Both the position numbers and the translations under genes were made by a program. Source: Octopus sinensis (taxonomy: Eukaryota). Taken from it: DNA of 64,000 nt. Below are positions 1 to 14,100 of the stretch, one piece after another. The stretch spans positions 24,118,001 through 24,182,000 of the forward strand of contig NC_043008.1 in NCBI RefSeq assembly GCF_006345805.1, written 5' to 3'. The notes under the pieces are model-generated. The model was not told the DNA's origin. It searched no databases and saw only the letters and a program-made list of their open reading frames with translations. Numbering within the stretch: position 1 is the stretch's first letter; each line of letters opens with the position of its first letter.

Positions 1-440
1 CAGAGTAGGGAAACACACGCACACATACGCACACACACACACACACACAAACACACTTACAAACATACCTACATACATACATTCATACATTACGTAAATA
101 TGTACATACGTACATACAAGTTATTGCCATATAGACACATGTAGAATAAATAGCACACTTGTGCGCTAAACTATTTATATTATTTATGATTGTATGCGTG
201 TGTGCACGCGTGAGCGCGTGTGAGTGAGTGGGTGTGTATACGTCGTATCTGCATAGGGACGTAAAAATAAAAATGTACGGCCTTAGTCGTAATTTAGTAG
301 AGTCAGTTGGAAATTGAAGTAGAAAATTCAATATTACGTACTAAACTGAATTGCTTGCTAATTGACTTCAGTTTATGTGAAGACCATTCCTAAAGAAACT
401 TATGTTATATGCATGCATGATTTATACACATGCGTGTGCG

Positions 441-600
<160 letters not shown>

Positions 601-950
601 TGAATATATATACGTATATACATACAACAAACATATTGAGATACGCATGCTTATATATATGCTATGAAGAACACTAATATCTGTTGAGATTGTTGGTGAA
701 CAAAATATTCTTTTCGTAAAAAACAATACTGTCGTTATTACAAACGAAAAACGATAGAGTTTGAAGATAATGTCTCTTGTTCACCTCCTGTTCATTGCTT
801 TTGTGTGGTCAGCTTGAGTAAACTGCTGTCCACAGTTTTCGTCGTATGTCTGTCGTCTCCTCAAGCTGCAAAGCTGCACTGAATGATTAAACTCAGAAAG
901 GAGCGCGCCAAAAGATATAGTTATTTGATTACTAAATATTTCCCCTATAT

Positions 951-952
951 GC

Positions 953-1011
<59 letters not shown>

Positions 1012-1056
1012 ATAAATTGCAGAGTAGGGAAACACACGCACACATACGCACACACA

Positions 1057-1124
<68 letters not shown>
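951..1124. repeat. Compound (TA)n-(CA)n-(TA)n microsatellite
   Basis: Direct reading. Confidence 0.95.
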
Positions 1125-1126
<2 letters not shown>

Positions 1127-1525
1127 GATGGACTTCCACACAGTTTTCGTCTCCTAAATGCGGTCATAAGACATTGATCAGCACGGGACCGTAGAATACA
1201 CTTGTTTAAAGTGCCGTATAGTGGGCCTGAACCCGAAGAATGAAGTTACAAAGTGGTGGTGGTATGGAGGGGGGGCTGCATTGCCATACAGCCATGCCTT
1301 CACCTATAGTATATAAATATTAAGAGCAAAACAAAGTTTGCCCAAGATGAGTGGTCGTGAGATCGAACGCAGAACATAGCGATTACAAACCGGATGTCTT
1401 CAACATTTGGTTATGCTTGCTCCCTCAAAATCCACTATGTAGTAAGGAAGAAATAATCCTTTCTACTAGAGGCACAAGGCCTGGAATTTTGGGCGAGGGG
1501 TAAGTCGATTACATCGACCTCAGAA
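1125..1525 (-). mobile_element. Degraded tRNA-derived SINE fragments
   Basis: Pieces resemble better-preserved SINE copies in this window. Examples: ggcacaaggcctggaattttgggcgaggggtaagtcgattacatcgac (~1470-1518) vs 40725-40770, and tgaacccgaa / gagatcgaacgcagaac as reverse B-box remnants. Confidence 0.55.
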
Positions 1526-1809
1526 GTAGTAAGGAAGAAATAATGTTAAAGGAGAGTAGATTGATAGACACTTCTATGCATAGAACAAAATGCCTCGCAG
1601 TACTCAGGGTTCTTTGTGTCCCGACTTCGTGTACCGAGAATCTCGTTGATGTAATTAAATATACGGTACAGCTATCTAATTACACTGATTAGATATGCCA
1701 TTCAGTTTCATTTTATTGCCTATCCAAAAAGTAGACCTATGAAATAGTAGTCAAATTTCCATCAGATTACCCTCTACCATTTTAAAAGAAGAGGGAAGAT
1801 CACAGGGGG

Positions 1810-2200
1810 AGCATCTTTGGACTAACTTGAGAGGCGGTTGGATGGAACCTACACTCGCCTCCTTATGAGAGCTCAAAATCTCTCGTGGAAGCGCCATCCA
1901 ACCAAAATGCAAATATATGGGAGACTACCACCTGTGTCATCTCTTGTGAAAGGTAGGAGAGTCCAGTTTGCTGGACATTGTTATAGAGCTGAAAAAGAAG
2001 TAATTTCTACTCTTCTCCTCTGGAAGCCATCTACTCGCAATACCAGAGGGCGCACACTCTCCTACCCTGATGTAACCTCCAGGGATACAGGCATCCAGCA
2101 ACAGGACCTCCGTGATGCTATGATGGACCGTGAAGTCTGGCGTAACATAGTAAATTCCATTGTCTCGACCACGGTCGAACAATGATGAATGATGATGATT
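1810..2200 (+). mobile_element. 5'-truncated RTE-type non-LTR retrotransposon 3' end (ORF2 C-terminus)
   Basis: ORF 1838-2185 contains RRVQFAGHCYR...LLLWKP...RGRTLSYPD...AMMDREVWR, typical of an RTE/RTE-X C-terminus. It is followed by a (TGA)n-like tail, tgatgaatgatgatgat. Confidence 0.85.
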
Positions 2201-2309
2201 GGACTAACTTAGGGATGAACAAGAACAAATAGTTTCACTCTTAATGAGGGGACTTTGCAGCCTTGGGCTGAATTCGTAATCAATGGCTTACATCCAGCCT
2301 TCACGCTAT

Positions 2310-2442
2310 CCTTGCATCTCTCTTTCATCTCTCTTCTCTCCTCTCTCTCCCCTCCTCTCTTTCTCCTCTCCTCTCTCTTTCCTCTTTTCTCTCCCTCTCC
2401 ATCTCTCGCTCTCATCTCTCTTCCCCATCTCTCTCTCTCTCT
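2310..2442. repeat. CT-rich simple repeat
   Basis: Direct reading. Confidence 0.9.
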
Positions 2443-4099
2443 GTCAAACTTTAGTAATGATGTGACTGCTGTAAATCACACTTCCTCACTACTCTGAGTT
2501 TCTTGCCAGGACCATCGAAAGTTGTAATCACTTTCCTTTAGCAATTATAAAATGTACAAGACTTCCTTGACTATGTTCCATTTCGAAAACATACATATGT
2601 ATATAAGCACATTCTTCACCCACACTGATACACGCCCGCGCATATGTGTAATAAATTGCACTTCATGTTTTAGGCTCTGATGAAGATGTAACGTGTTACT
2701 CAGACACTCAACAGCGAGTCTACTTCATCTTATTGTAGAAACAGCTGTAAACTATTGAAATTCAAAAGATTCCTTTGTCATCTCTTTTCTTATTACTACT
2801 CTGTACCTGATTTACGCTTCGTTCAGAAGCATACGTATATAGAGATCGACACCCGGTTATTTGTATCGCAATGCCTAAGCCAAATATATATGCATACATT
2901 GTATTAGAATATTAAGTATATGATTAATTTATGGAATGAAGTTCTACAAATCCAATCACATTTGTCAAAAATGGAGGAGATAAGATGTTAAAAATTGTAA
3001 GAAGTTTATTCATGCATACAATTGTTTCGTACATAGATATTAATTAATATATGAATTTGAAAATTATCATAGTACTCATCAGTGCAGAGAGAAAATGATA
3101 ATAGTAACTTTAAAAAAAAGAACAGAGAAGTTGGATCGATGAGTTTCCTGTTTATCTGTTCCTATATGTGTGCGATGTCAAATATTAAACCACTACTGAC
3201 AGATGAACGGTTAGATGATGATATAAATATAGAGATACCGATAACACTCTCTCTATAGATTAGTATAGATTTGCTAACTAAATATCCATATGTGCAGCAT
3301 ATGGTGAGTAAGTAAGAGAAATGTCCAATGAGAAAACATTACCAAATGTAAATTAAATCTAACCGTTAAAAACAATACTTGGTATTTATTTATAAATAAG
3401 CATAAACAGATAAAAGTTTAGCGTAAAAAAATTGTTTGTAAAACAAGAAAGTTAATGATGTTATTTGTGAAAATATGGGGGAGGGGGAAGAATTAAAAAG
3501 AATGAAGTGGAAGTGGATTAAGGACTCTTGTTTACTCAAGATACATATTAAGGTAACATGGAAGTATAATAAAGGAGATGAGGAAAAGTAGTAATTCAAA
3601 TGGAAATATGATGATTAAGGTTGTAAATACTTACGAAGTCATTGTTAAGAATAGAGATAAGAGAACATATTAGATGTAGTAAGAAGAGAAATATAGAAGC
3701 GATAAGGTAATAAATTAGAGAGGGTGAAAATGAAACAAAATTTTATTAGCGTAGGGGAGATAAATAAGAATAAAAACTAATAATAATGATCAAGTTTGGG
3801 ATATAATGCGAGAAGTGAATGTTAAAAATAGAAAAAAGATAAAGATAAATGTATTGAATGTGTAGGATAATGTTATACAAAAGGAATATCTTATATATAT
3901 AAAAAGTTATGACAAGAGTATTATTATTGCTGAGTACTGTGTGATATGGTATGGCTATATATATGATCGTGGTGAATAAAAATACACGTTATATGGGTTC
4001 AATGCATGTAAATATATTAAAAATAATTATCATTATGATCTACAAGTAGATAGATACATGTAGGGATATATATAAAGTTACAAAATTATAGGATAAAAT

Positions 4100-5000
4100 G
4101 CTTATCATATGGATCAGGGTGAATGTATAAGCAATCAAATATGTAAATATAGGCATACATACACATATAAGCATATATATACACAAATATATACATATCC
4201 ATACACATATATATACACAAATATATACATATCCATTACACATGTATATACAAGTACAAATACACACATGCATATGTAAATAAACACGCATATACATATA
4301 CACATACATACGAATACATATACATATATATACACAGACATATATATATGCACTTACATACACATACATATACACGTACTTACACACATATAAACATACA
4401 TATACACAAAAAGACAAATATATGCAAACATAGATACACATAGAGGTATACATAGATATGCAGATATAGATGTAAACATGCACAACCACACTATAACTGT
4501 ATATAAACAAGTATTGAAAATATACTTAATGGAAGTATATAAGATGGAATAACTAATAGCAAATACAAGTATTTAGTGGAGTAGCTATGTTGGTAGGGGT
4601 GGGGAGAGAAAATGAGAAGGCATATACATAGGCATATAAGGGTATACATACAAGTAGAAATGTATATGTATACTCATTTACAAATACATAGTTATACAAA
4701 AGACACATGCAGAAGATGGTGTATCTTACACATATCCATATGAATGTGCACACAACACCCATATACATCTGCATATAAATATACGTATATATACACACAT
4801 ATTGGGTGTATATACTCAAATGTATGCATGTACAGGTAAACATACATATGTACGCACATAGCACGCATAAAAGCATACGCATATGTGCAAAAACATAGGA
4901 GTAAATAAGAAAAAAAACCGGTATAAGTTCATATATACAAACGCATACTGAAAAAGTATAGAGAGACGTTGTTTGCATAAGAACTCTATATATAGAAAGT
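4100..5000. repeat. Degenerate (TA/CA/TACA) low-complexity tract
   Basis: Decayed alternating purine-pyrimidine sequence; it is the source of the 156-aa and 171-aa low-complexity ORFs. Confidence 0.8.
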
Positions 5001-5136
5001 GCTTCAGTTATCATAAAGGAAATATTAAAATAAAGTATATGAAAGGAATTTATGTTATAGTAAAACAATTGGGCTACGATAAGGTTCTACAGTGAGTAAT
5101 AACGGAGAATATAATGTGACTTTAAACAATATCGAA

Positions 5137-8100
5137 TGACGGTAATATTAATAACGGTGATCTTCATATATTATCGTCATAAACCCCTAGACATTAGTGA
5201 CGGTAAGCTTAATATATTATCGTTATCAAATCCTAGACATTAGTGACGGTAATCTTAATATATTGTCGTCATCAACTCCTTGACGTTAGTGACGGTAATC
5301 TCAATATATTATCGTCATAAACCCCTAAACATTACTTACGGTAATCTTAATATATCATCGTCATAAACACCTAGACATTAGTGACGGTAATCTTAATATA
5401 TTATAGTCATCAACTCCTGGACAATAGTGACGGTAATCTTAATATATCATCGTCATCAACCCCTGGACATTAGTGACGGTAATCTTAATATATTATCGTC
5501 CTCAAACCCTAGACTTTAGTGACGGTAATCTTAATATATTATCGTCTTCAAATCCTAGACGTTAGTGACCGTAATCTTAATATATTATCGTCATCAACCC
5601 TTAGACTTCAGTAACGGTAATCTTAATATATTATAGTCATCAACTCCTAGACATTTCTGACGGTAATCTTAATATATTATCGTCATCTCCTGGCTATAGT
5701 GACGGTAATCTTAATATATTATCGTCATCAACTCCTAGATATTAGTGATGGTAATCTTAATATATTATAGTCATCAAATCCTGGACATTAATGACGGTAA
5801 ACTTAATATATATTATCGTCATCAAACCCTAGATGTTGATGTCGATAATCTAAATATATTATCGTCATCAAATCCTGGACTTTAGTGACGGTAATTTCAA
5901 TATATTATCGTCATCAACTGCTAGACATTAGTGACGGTAATCTTAATATATTATCTTCATCAACGTCTAGACAATAGTGATAGTAATCTTAATATCTTAT
6001 CGTCATCAACTCCTACACATTAGTGACGGTAATCTTAATATATTATTGTCATCAACTCCTTGACATTAGTGACGGTAATCTTAATATATTATCGTCATCA
6101 ACTCCCTGACATTAGTGACGGTAATATTAATATATTATCGTCATGAACCCCTAGACATTAGTGACGGTAAGCTTAATACATTATCGTCATCAAATCCAAG
6201 ACATTAGTGACGCTAAACTTAATATATTGTCTTAATCAACTCCTACACATTACTAACGGTAATCTTAATATATCATCGTAATCAACCACTAGATATTAGT
6301 GACGGTAATCTTAATATATTATCGTCCTCAACCCCTAGACTTTAGTGACGGTAATCTTAATATATTATCGTCTTCAAATCCTAGACATTAGGGACGGTAA
6401 TCTTAATATATTGTCGTCATCAACCCCTAAACATCAGTGACGGTAATATTAATATATTATCGTCATCAACTCCTACACATTTCTGAAGGTAATCTTAATA
6501 TATTATCTTCATCAACTCACAGACATTAGTGATGGTAATCTTAATATATTATAGTCATCAACTCCTAGACATTAGTGACGGTAATCTTAATATATTATCG
6601 TCATCAACCCCTAGACATTGGTGTCGGTAATCTTAATATATTATCGTCATCAAATCCTGGACTTTAGTGACGGTAATGTCAATATATTATCGTCATCAAC
6701 TCCTAGACATTAGTGACGGTAATCTTAATATATTATCGTCATCAACCTCTAGACAATAATGATGGTAATCTTAATATCTTATCGTCATCATCTCCTACAC
6801 ATTAGTGACGGTAATCTTAATATATTATCTTCATCAACGTCTAGACAATAGTGATAGTAATCTTAATATCTTATCGTCATCAACTCCTACACATTAGTGA
6901 CGGTAATCTTAATATATTATTGTCATCAACTCCTTGACATTAGTGACGGTAATCTTAATATATTATCGTCATCAACTCCCTGACATTAGTGACGGTAATA
7001 TTAATATATTATCGTCATGAACCCCTAGACATTAGTGACGGTAAGCTTAATACATTATCGTCATCAAATCCAAGACATTAGTGACGCTAAACTTAATATA
7101 TTGTCTAATCAACTCCTACACATTACTAACGGTAATCTTAATATATCATCGTAATCAACCACTAGATATTAGTGACGGTAATCTTAATATATTATCGTCC
7201 TCAACCCCTAGACTTTAGTGACGGTAATCTTAATATATTATCGTCTTCAAATCCTAGACATTAGGGACGGTAATCTTAATATATTGTCGTCATCAACCCC
7301 TAAACATCAGTGACGGTAATATTAATATATTATCGTCATCACTCCTACACATTTCTGACGGTAATCTTATATATTATCTTCATCAACTCACAGACATTAG
7401 TGATGGTAATCTTAATATATTATAGTCATCAACTCCTAGACATTAGTGACGGTAATCTTATATATTATCGTCATCAACCCCTAGACATTGGTGTCGGTAA
7501 TCTTAATATATTATCGTCATCAAATCCTGGACTTTAGTGACGGTAATGTCAATATATTATCGTCATCAACTCCTAGACATTAGTGACGGTAATCTTAATA
7601 TATTATCGTCATCAACCTCTAGACAATAATGATGGTAATCTTAATATCTTATCGTCATCATCTCCTACACATTAGTGACGGTAATCTTAATATATTATCG
7701 TCATCAACTCCTTGACATTAGTGAGGGTAACCTTAATATATTATCGTCATAAACCCCTAGACGTTAGTGACGGTAAGCTTAATATATTATCGTCATCAAA
7801 TCCTAGACATTAGTGACGCTAATCTTAATATATTATCGTCATCATCTCCTACACATTACTAACGGTAATCTTAATATATCATCGTCATCAACCCCTAGAC
7901 ATTAGTGACGGTAATCTTAATATATTACAGTCATCAACTCCTGGACATTACTGACGGTAATCTTAATATATTATAGTCCTCAACCCCTAGACTTTAGAGA
8001 CGGTATTCTTAAGATATTATCGTCTTCAAATCCTTGACATTAGTGACCGTAATCTTAATATATTATCGTGATCAACTCCTACATATTACTGACGGAAATC

Positions 8101-11100
8101 TTAATATATTATCGTCATAAACCCTAGACATTAGTGACGGTAAGCTTAATATATTATCGTCATCAAATCCTACACATTAGTGACCGTAATCTTAATATAT
8201 TATCGTCATCATCTCCTACACATTACTGACGGTAATCTTAATATTTCATCGTCATCAACCCCTAGACATTAGCGACGGTAATCTTAATATATTACAGTCA
8301 TCAACTCCTGGACATTAGTGACGGTAATCTTAATATATTATAGTCCTCAACCCCTAGACGTTAGTGACGGTAATCTTAATATATTATCGTCTTCAAATCC
8401 TTGCCATCATTGACGGTAATACTTAATATATTATCGTCATCAACTCCTACACATTTCTGACGGTAATCTTAATATATTATCGTCATCTTCTCCTGGACAT
8501 TAGTGACGGTAATCTTAATATATTATCGTCATCAACTCCTTGACATTAGTGATGGTAATCTTAATATATTATCGTCATCAAATCCTGGACTTTAGTGACG
8601 GTAATCTCAATATATTATCGTCATCAACCTCTAGACATTAGTGACGGTAATCTTAATATACAGTATCGTCATCAACCCCTAGACATTAGTGACGGTAATC
8701 TTCATATATTATCTTCATCAATCTCTAGATATTAGTGATGGTAATCTTAATATATTATCATCATCAACCCCTAGACACTAGTGACGATAATCTTGATATA
8801 TAATCGTCATCAACTCCGAGATATTAGTGACGGTAGTTTTGATATATTATCATCATAAAATCCTACACCTTAGCGACGGTAATCTTCAAATATTATCGTC
8901 ATCAACAGCTAGACATTAGTAACGATAATCGTAATATATAATCGTCATCAACTCCTACAAATTAATGACGTTAATCTTAATATATTATCGTCATCAATCC
9001 CTATACGTTAGTGACGGTAATCTTAATATAATATCGTTATCAACCCCTAGATATTCGTGACGATAATCGTAATATATAGTCATCAACTCCTACACATTAA
9101 TGACGGGAATCTTAATATATTATCGTCATCGGTCCCTAGACATTAGTGACGGTAATCTTAATATATTATCGTCTTCAATACCAAGACATTAGTGACGGTA
9201 ATCTTAATATATTTTCGGTATCAACCCCTAGACGTTAGTGACAATAATCATAATATATAATCGTCATCAACTCATTAGTGACGGTAATCTTGATATATTA
9301 TCGTCACCAATTCCTAGACATTAGTGACGGTAATATTAATATATTATATTCATTAACTCCTACACAATAGTGACGGCAATCTTAATATATCATCGTCGTC
9401 AACTCCTAGACTTAAAGTGACAGTAATCTTAGTATATAATCGTCATCAACCCCTAGACATTATTGAGGGTATTCATAATATATTATCGTCATCAACACCT
9501 AGATATTAGTGACGGTAATCTTAATATATTATATTAATTAAAATTCTAGACGTTCGTGACGGTAATCTGAATATATACTCGTCATCAAATCTTAGACATT
9601 AGTGACAGTAATCTTAATATATTATCGTCTTCAAATCCAACACATTAGAGACGGTAATCTCAATATATTATCGTCATCAACTCCTAGACATTAGTGATGG
9701 TAATCTTTATATATTATCGTCATCAACCACTGGACATTGGTTACGGTAATCTTAATATATTATCGTCTTCAAATCCTAGACATTAGGGACGGTAATCTTA
9801 ATATATTGTCGTCATCAACCCCTAAACATCAGTGACGGTAATATTAATATATTATCTTCATCAACCTCTAGATTTCAGTGATGGTAATCTTAATATATTA
9901 CCGTCCTCAACTCCGAGATATTAGTGAAGGTAGTTTTGATAGATTATCGTCATAAATTCCTACACCTTAGCGACAGTAATCTTAAAATATTATTGTCATC
10001 AACACCTAGACGTTAGTGACGATAATCGTAATATATAATCGTCATCAATCCCTAGACATTAGTGATGGTAATCTTAATATATAATCTTCATCAACCCATG
10101 AACATTAGTGACGGAAATATTAACATAATATCGTTGTCGACTCCTACACATGCCTGACGGTAATCTTAATATATTATCGTCATCAACCCCTGACATTGGT
10201 GTCGGTAATCTAAATATATCATCGTCATCAAATCCTGGAATTTAGTGACGGTAATCTTAATATATTATCGTCATCATCTCCTACACATTAGTGACGGTAA
10301 TCTTAATATATCATCGTCATCAAACCCTCGAAATTAGTGACGGTAATCTTAATATATTATCGTCATCAACCCCTAGACGTTAGTGACGGTAATCTTCATA
10401 TATTATCATCATCAACCCCTAGACACTACTGACGGTAATCTTGATATAATATCGTCATAAATTCCTACAACTTAGCGACGGTAGTCTTAAAATATTATCG
10501 TCATCGACACCTAGACATTAGTGACGGTAATCTTAATATATCATCGTCATCAACATCTAGACATTAGTGACGGTAATCTTAATATGTTATCGTCATCAAA
10601 TCCTACATATTACTGACGGTAATCTTAATATATTATCGTCATCAACCACTCGACATCATTGACGGTAACATTAATATATTATCGTCATCAACTCCTACAC
10701 ATTTCTGACAGTAATCTTAATATATTATCGTCATCATCACCTGGACATTAATGACAGTAATCTTAATATATTATCGTCATCAAATCCTGGACTTTAGTGA
10801 TGGTAATCTTAATATATTTTCGTCATGAAACTCTCGACATTAGTGACGGTAATCTTAATATATTATCGTCATCAACCCCTAGACGTTTGTAACGGTAATC
10901 TTCATATATTATCTTCATCAACCTCTAGATATTAGTGATGGTAATCTTAATATATTATCATCATCAACCAATAGGCACTAGTGACGGTAATCTTTATATA
11001 TTATCGTCATCAAATCCAAGACATGAGTGACAGTAATCTTAATATATTATCGTCATAAATTCCTGCACCTTAGCGACAGTAATCTTAATATATTATAGTC

Positions 11101-14100
11101 ATCAACTCCTAGACATTAGTGACGATAATCGTAATATGTAATCGTCATGAACTCTTACAAATTAATGACGTAAATCTTAATATATTATCGTCATCAATCC
11201 CTAGACATTAGTGATGGTAATATTAATACATTATCTTCATCAACCCATGAGCATTAGTGACGGTAATATTAATATATTATCGTCAACAACTCCTACACAT
11301 TTCTGACGGTAATCTTAAGATATTATCGTTATCAACCCCTAGACTTTAGTGACGATAATCGTAATATATAATCGTCATCAACTCTTACACATTAATGACG
11401 ATATTCCTAATATATTATCGTCAATAGTCCCTAGACATTAGTGACGGTAATCTTAATATATTATCCTCTTCAATGCCTAGACATTAGTGACGGTAATATT
11501 AATATATTATCGTCATCAACCACTAGACGTTAGTGACGATATTCATAATATATAATCGTCATCAACTCCTACACATTAGTGACGGTAATGTTGATACATT
11601 ATCGTCATCAACCCCTAGACATTAGTGACGGTAATCTTAACATATTATCGTCATCCACTCCTAGACTTAACGTGACGGTAATCTTAATATATTATCGTCA
11701 TCAACCCCTAGACATTATTGAGGGTAATCATAAAATATTATCGTCATCAACTCCTAGACATTAGTGAAGGTAATCTTATTAAAATATCGTCGTTAAAATC
11801 CTAGACATTAGTGACCGTAATCTTAATATATTATCGTCAACAACTCCTAGATATTAGTGCCGGTAATCTCAATATATTATCGTCATCAACTCGTAGACAT
11901 TAGTGATGGTAATCTTAATATATTTTCTTCATCAAACCCTGGACATTAGTGACGGTAATCTTAATATATTATCTTCATCAACCTCTAGACATTAGTGATG
12001 GTAATCTTCATATATTATCATCAGCAACTCCTAGACATTAGTGACGGTAATCTTAATATATTATCGTCATAAAATCCTAGACATTACTGACAGTAATCTT
12101 CAAATATTATCGTCATCAACTCCTTGACATTAGAGACGGTAATCTTAATATATTATCGTCATCAACTCCTAGACATTAGTGATAGTAATCTTAATACAGT
12201 CATCAATTCCTGGATATTTGTGACGGTAATCTTAATATATTATCGTCGTTAACCCCTAGACATTAGCGACGGTAATCTTAATATATTATCGTCATCAAAT
12301 CCTAGACATTAGTGACGGTAATCTTAATATATTATCGTCATCAAGTCCTAGACATTAGTGACGGTAATCTTCATATATTATCGTCATCAACTCCTACATA
12401 TTACTGACGGTAATCTTAATATATTATAGTCATCAACTACTGGAAATTAGTGACGGTAATCTTAACATATTATCGTCCTCAACCACTCGACTTTAGTGAG
12501 GGTAAACTTAATATATTATCGTCTTCAAATCCTAGACATTTGTGACCGTAATCTTAATATATTATCGTCATCAACTCCTACATATTACTGACGGTAATCT
12601 TAATATATTATCGTCATCATCCCCTGGACATTAGTGACAGTAATCTTAATATATTATCGTCATCAACTCCTAGACATTAGTGATGGTAATCTTAATATAT
12701 TATAGTCATTAACCCCTAGACATTGGTGTCGGTAATCTAAATATATTATCGTCATCAAATCCTGGATTTAGTGATGGTAATCTTAATATATTTTCATCAT
12801 GAAACTCTCGACATTAGTGACGGTAATCTTAATATATTATCGTCATCAACCCCTAGACGTTTGTGACGGTAATCTTCATATATTATCTTCATCAACCTCT
12901 AGATATTAGTGATGGTAATCTTAATATATTATCATCATCAACCAATAGGCACTAGTGACGGTAATCTTTATATATTATCGTCATCAACTCCGAGACATGA
13001 GTGACAGTAATCTTAATATATTATTGTCATAAATTCCTGCACCTTAGCGACAGTAATCTTAAAATATTATCGTCATCAACACCTAGACATTAGTGACGAT
13101 AATCGTAATATGTAATCGTCATGAACTCTTACAAATTAATGACGTAAATCTTAATATATTATCGTCATCAATCCCTAGACATTAGTGATGGTAATATTAA
13201 TACGTTATCTTCATTAACCCATGAACATTAGTGACGGTAATATTAATATATTATCGTCAACAACTCCTACACATTTCTGACGGTAATCTTAATATATTAT
13301 CGTTATCAACTCCTAGACTTTAGTGACGATAATCGTAATATATAATCGGCATCAACTCCTACACATTAATGACGATAATCTTAATATATTATCGTCAACA
13401 GTCCCTAGACATTAGTGACGGTAATCTTAATATATTATCGTCTTCCATGCCTAGACATTAGTGACGGTAATATTAATATATTATCGTCATCAACCACTAG
13501 ACTTTAGTGACGATATTCATAATATATAATCGTCATCAACTCCTACACATTAGTGACGGTAATGTTGATATATTATCGTCATCAACCCCTAGACATTAGT
13601 GACGGTAATCTTAATATATTATCGTCATCAACCCCTAGACATTATTGAGGGTAATCATAAAATATTATCGTCATCAACTCCTAGACGTTAGTGAAGGTAA
13701 TCTTATTAAATTATCGTCATTAAAATCCTAGACATTAATGACCGTAATCTTAATATATTATCGTCATCAAATCCTACACATTAGTGACCGTAATCTTAAT
13801 ATATTATCGTCAACAACTCCTAGACTTTAGTGACGGTAATCTCAATATATTATCGTCATCAACTCGTACACATTAGTGATGGTAATCTTAATATATTATC
13901 GTCATCAACCCCTGGACATTAGTGACGGTAATCTTAATATATTATCTTCATCAACCTCTAGACATTAGTGAATGTAATCTTCATATATTATCATCATCAA
14001 CTCCTAGACATTAGTGACGGTAATCTTAATATATTATCGTCATAAAATCCTAGCCATTACTGACAGTAATCTTAATATATGATCGTCATCAACTCCCTGA

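Noticed and set aside
7310-11764. Two ORFs inside the satellite (7310-7537, 11579-11764)
   Set aside because: Chance stop-free runs across monomers; all frames are otherwise repeatedly stopped.
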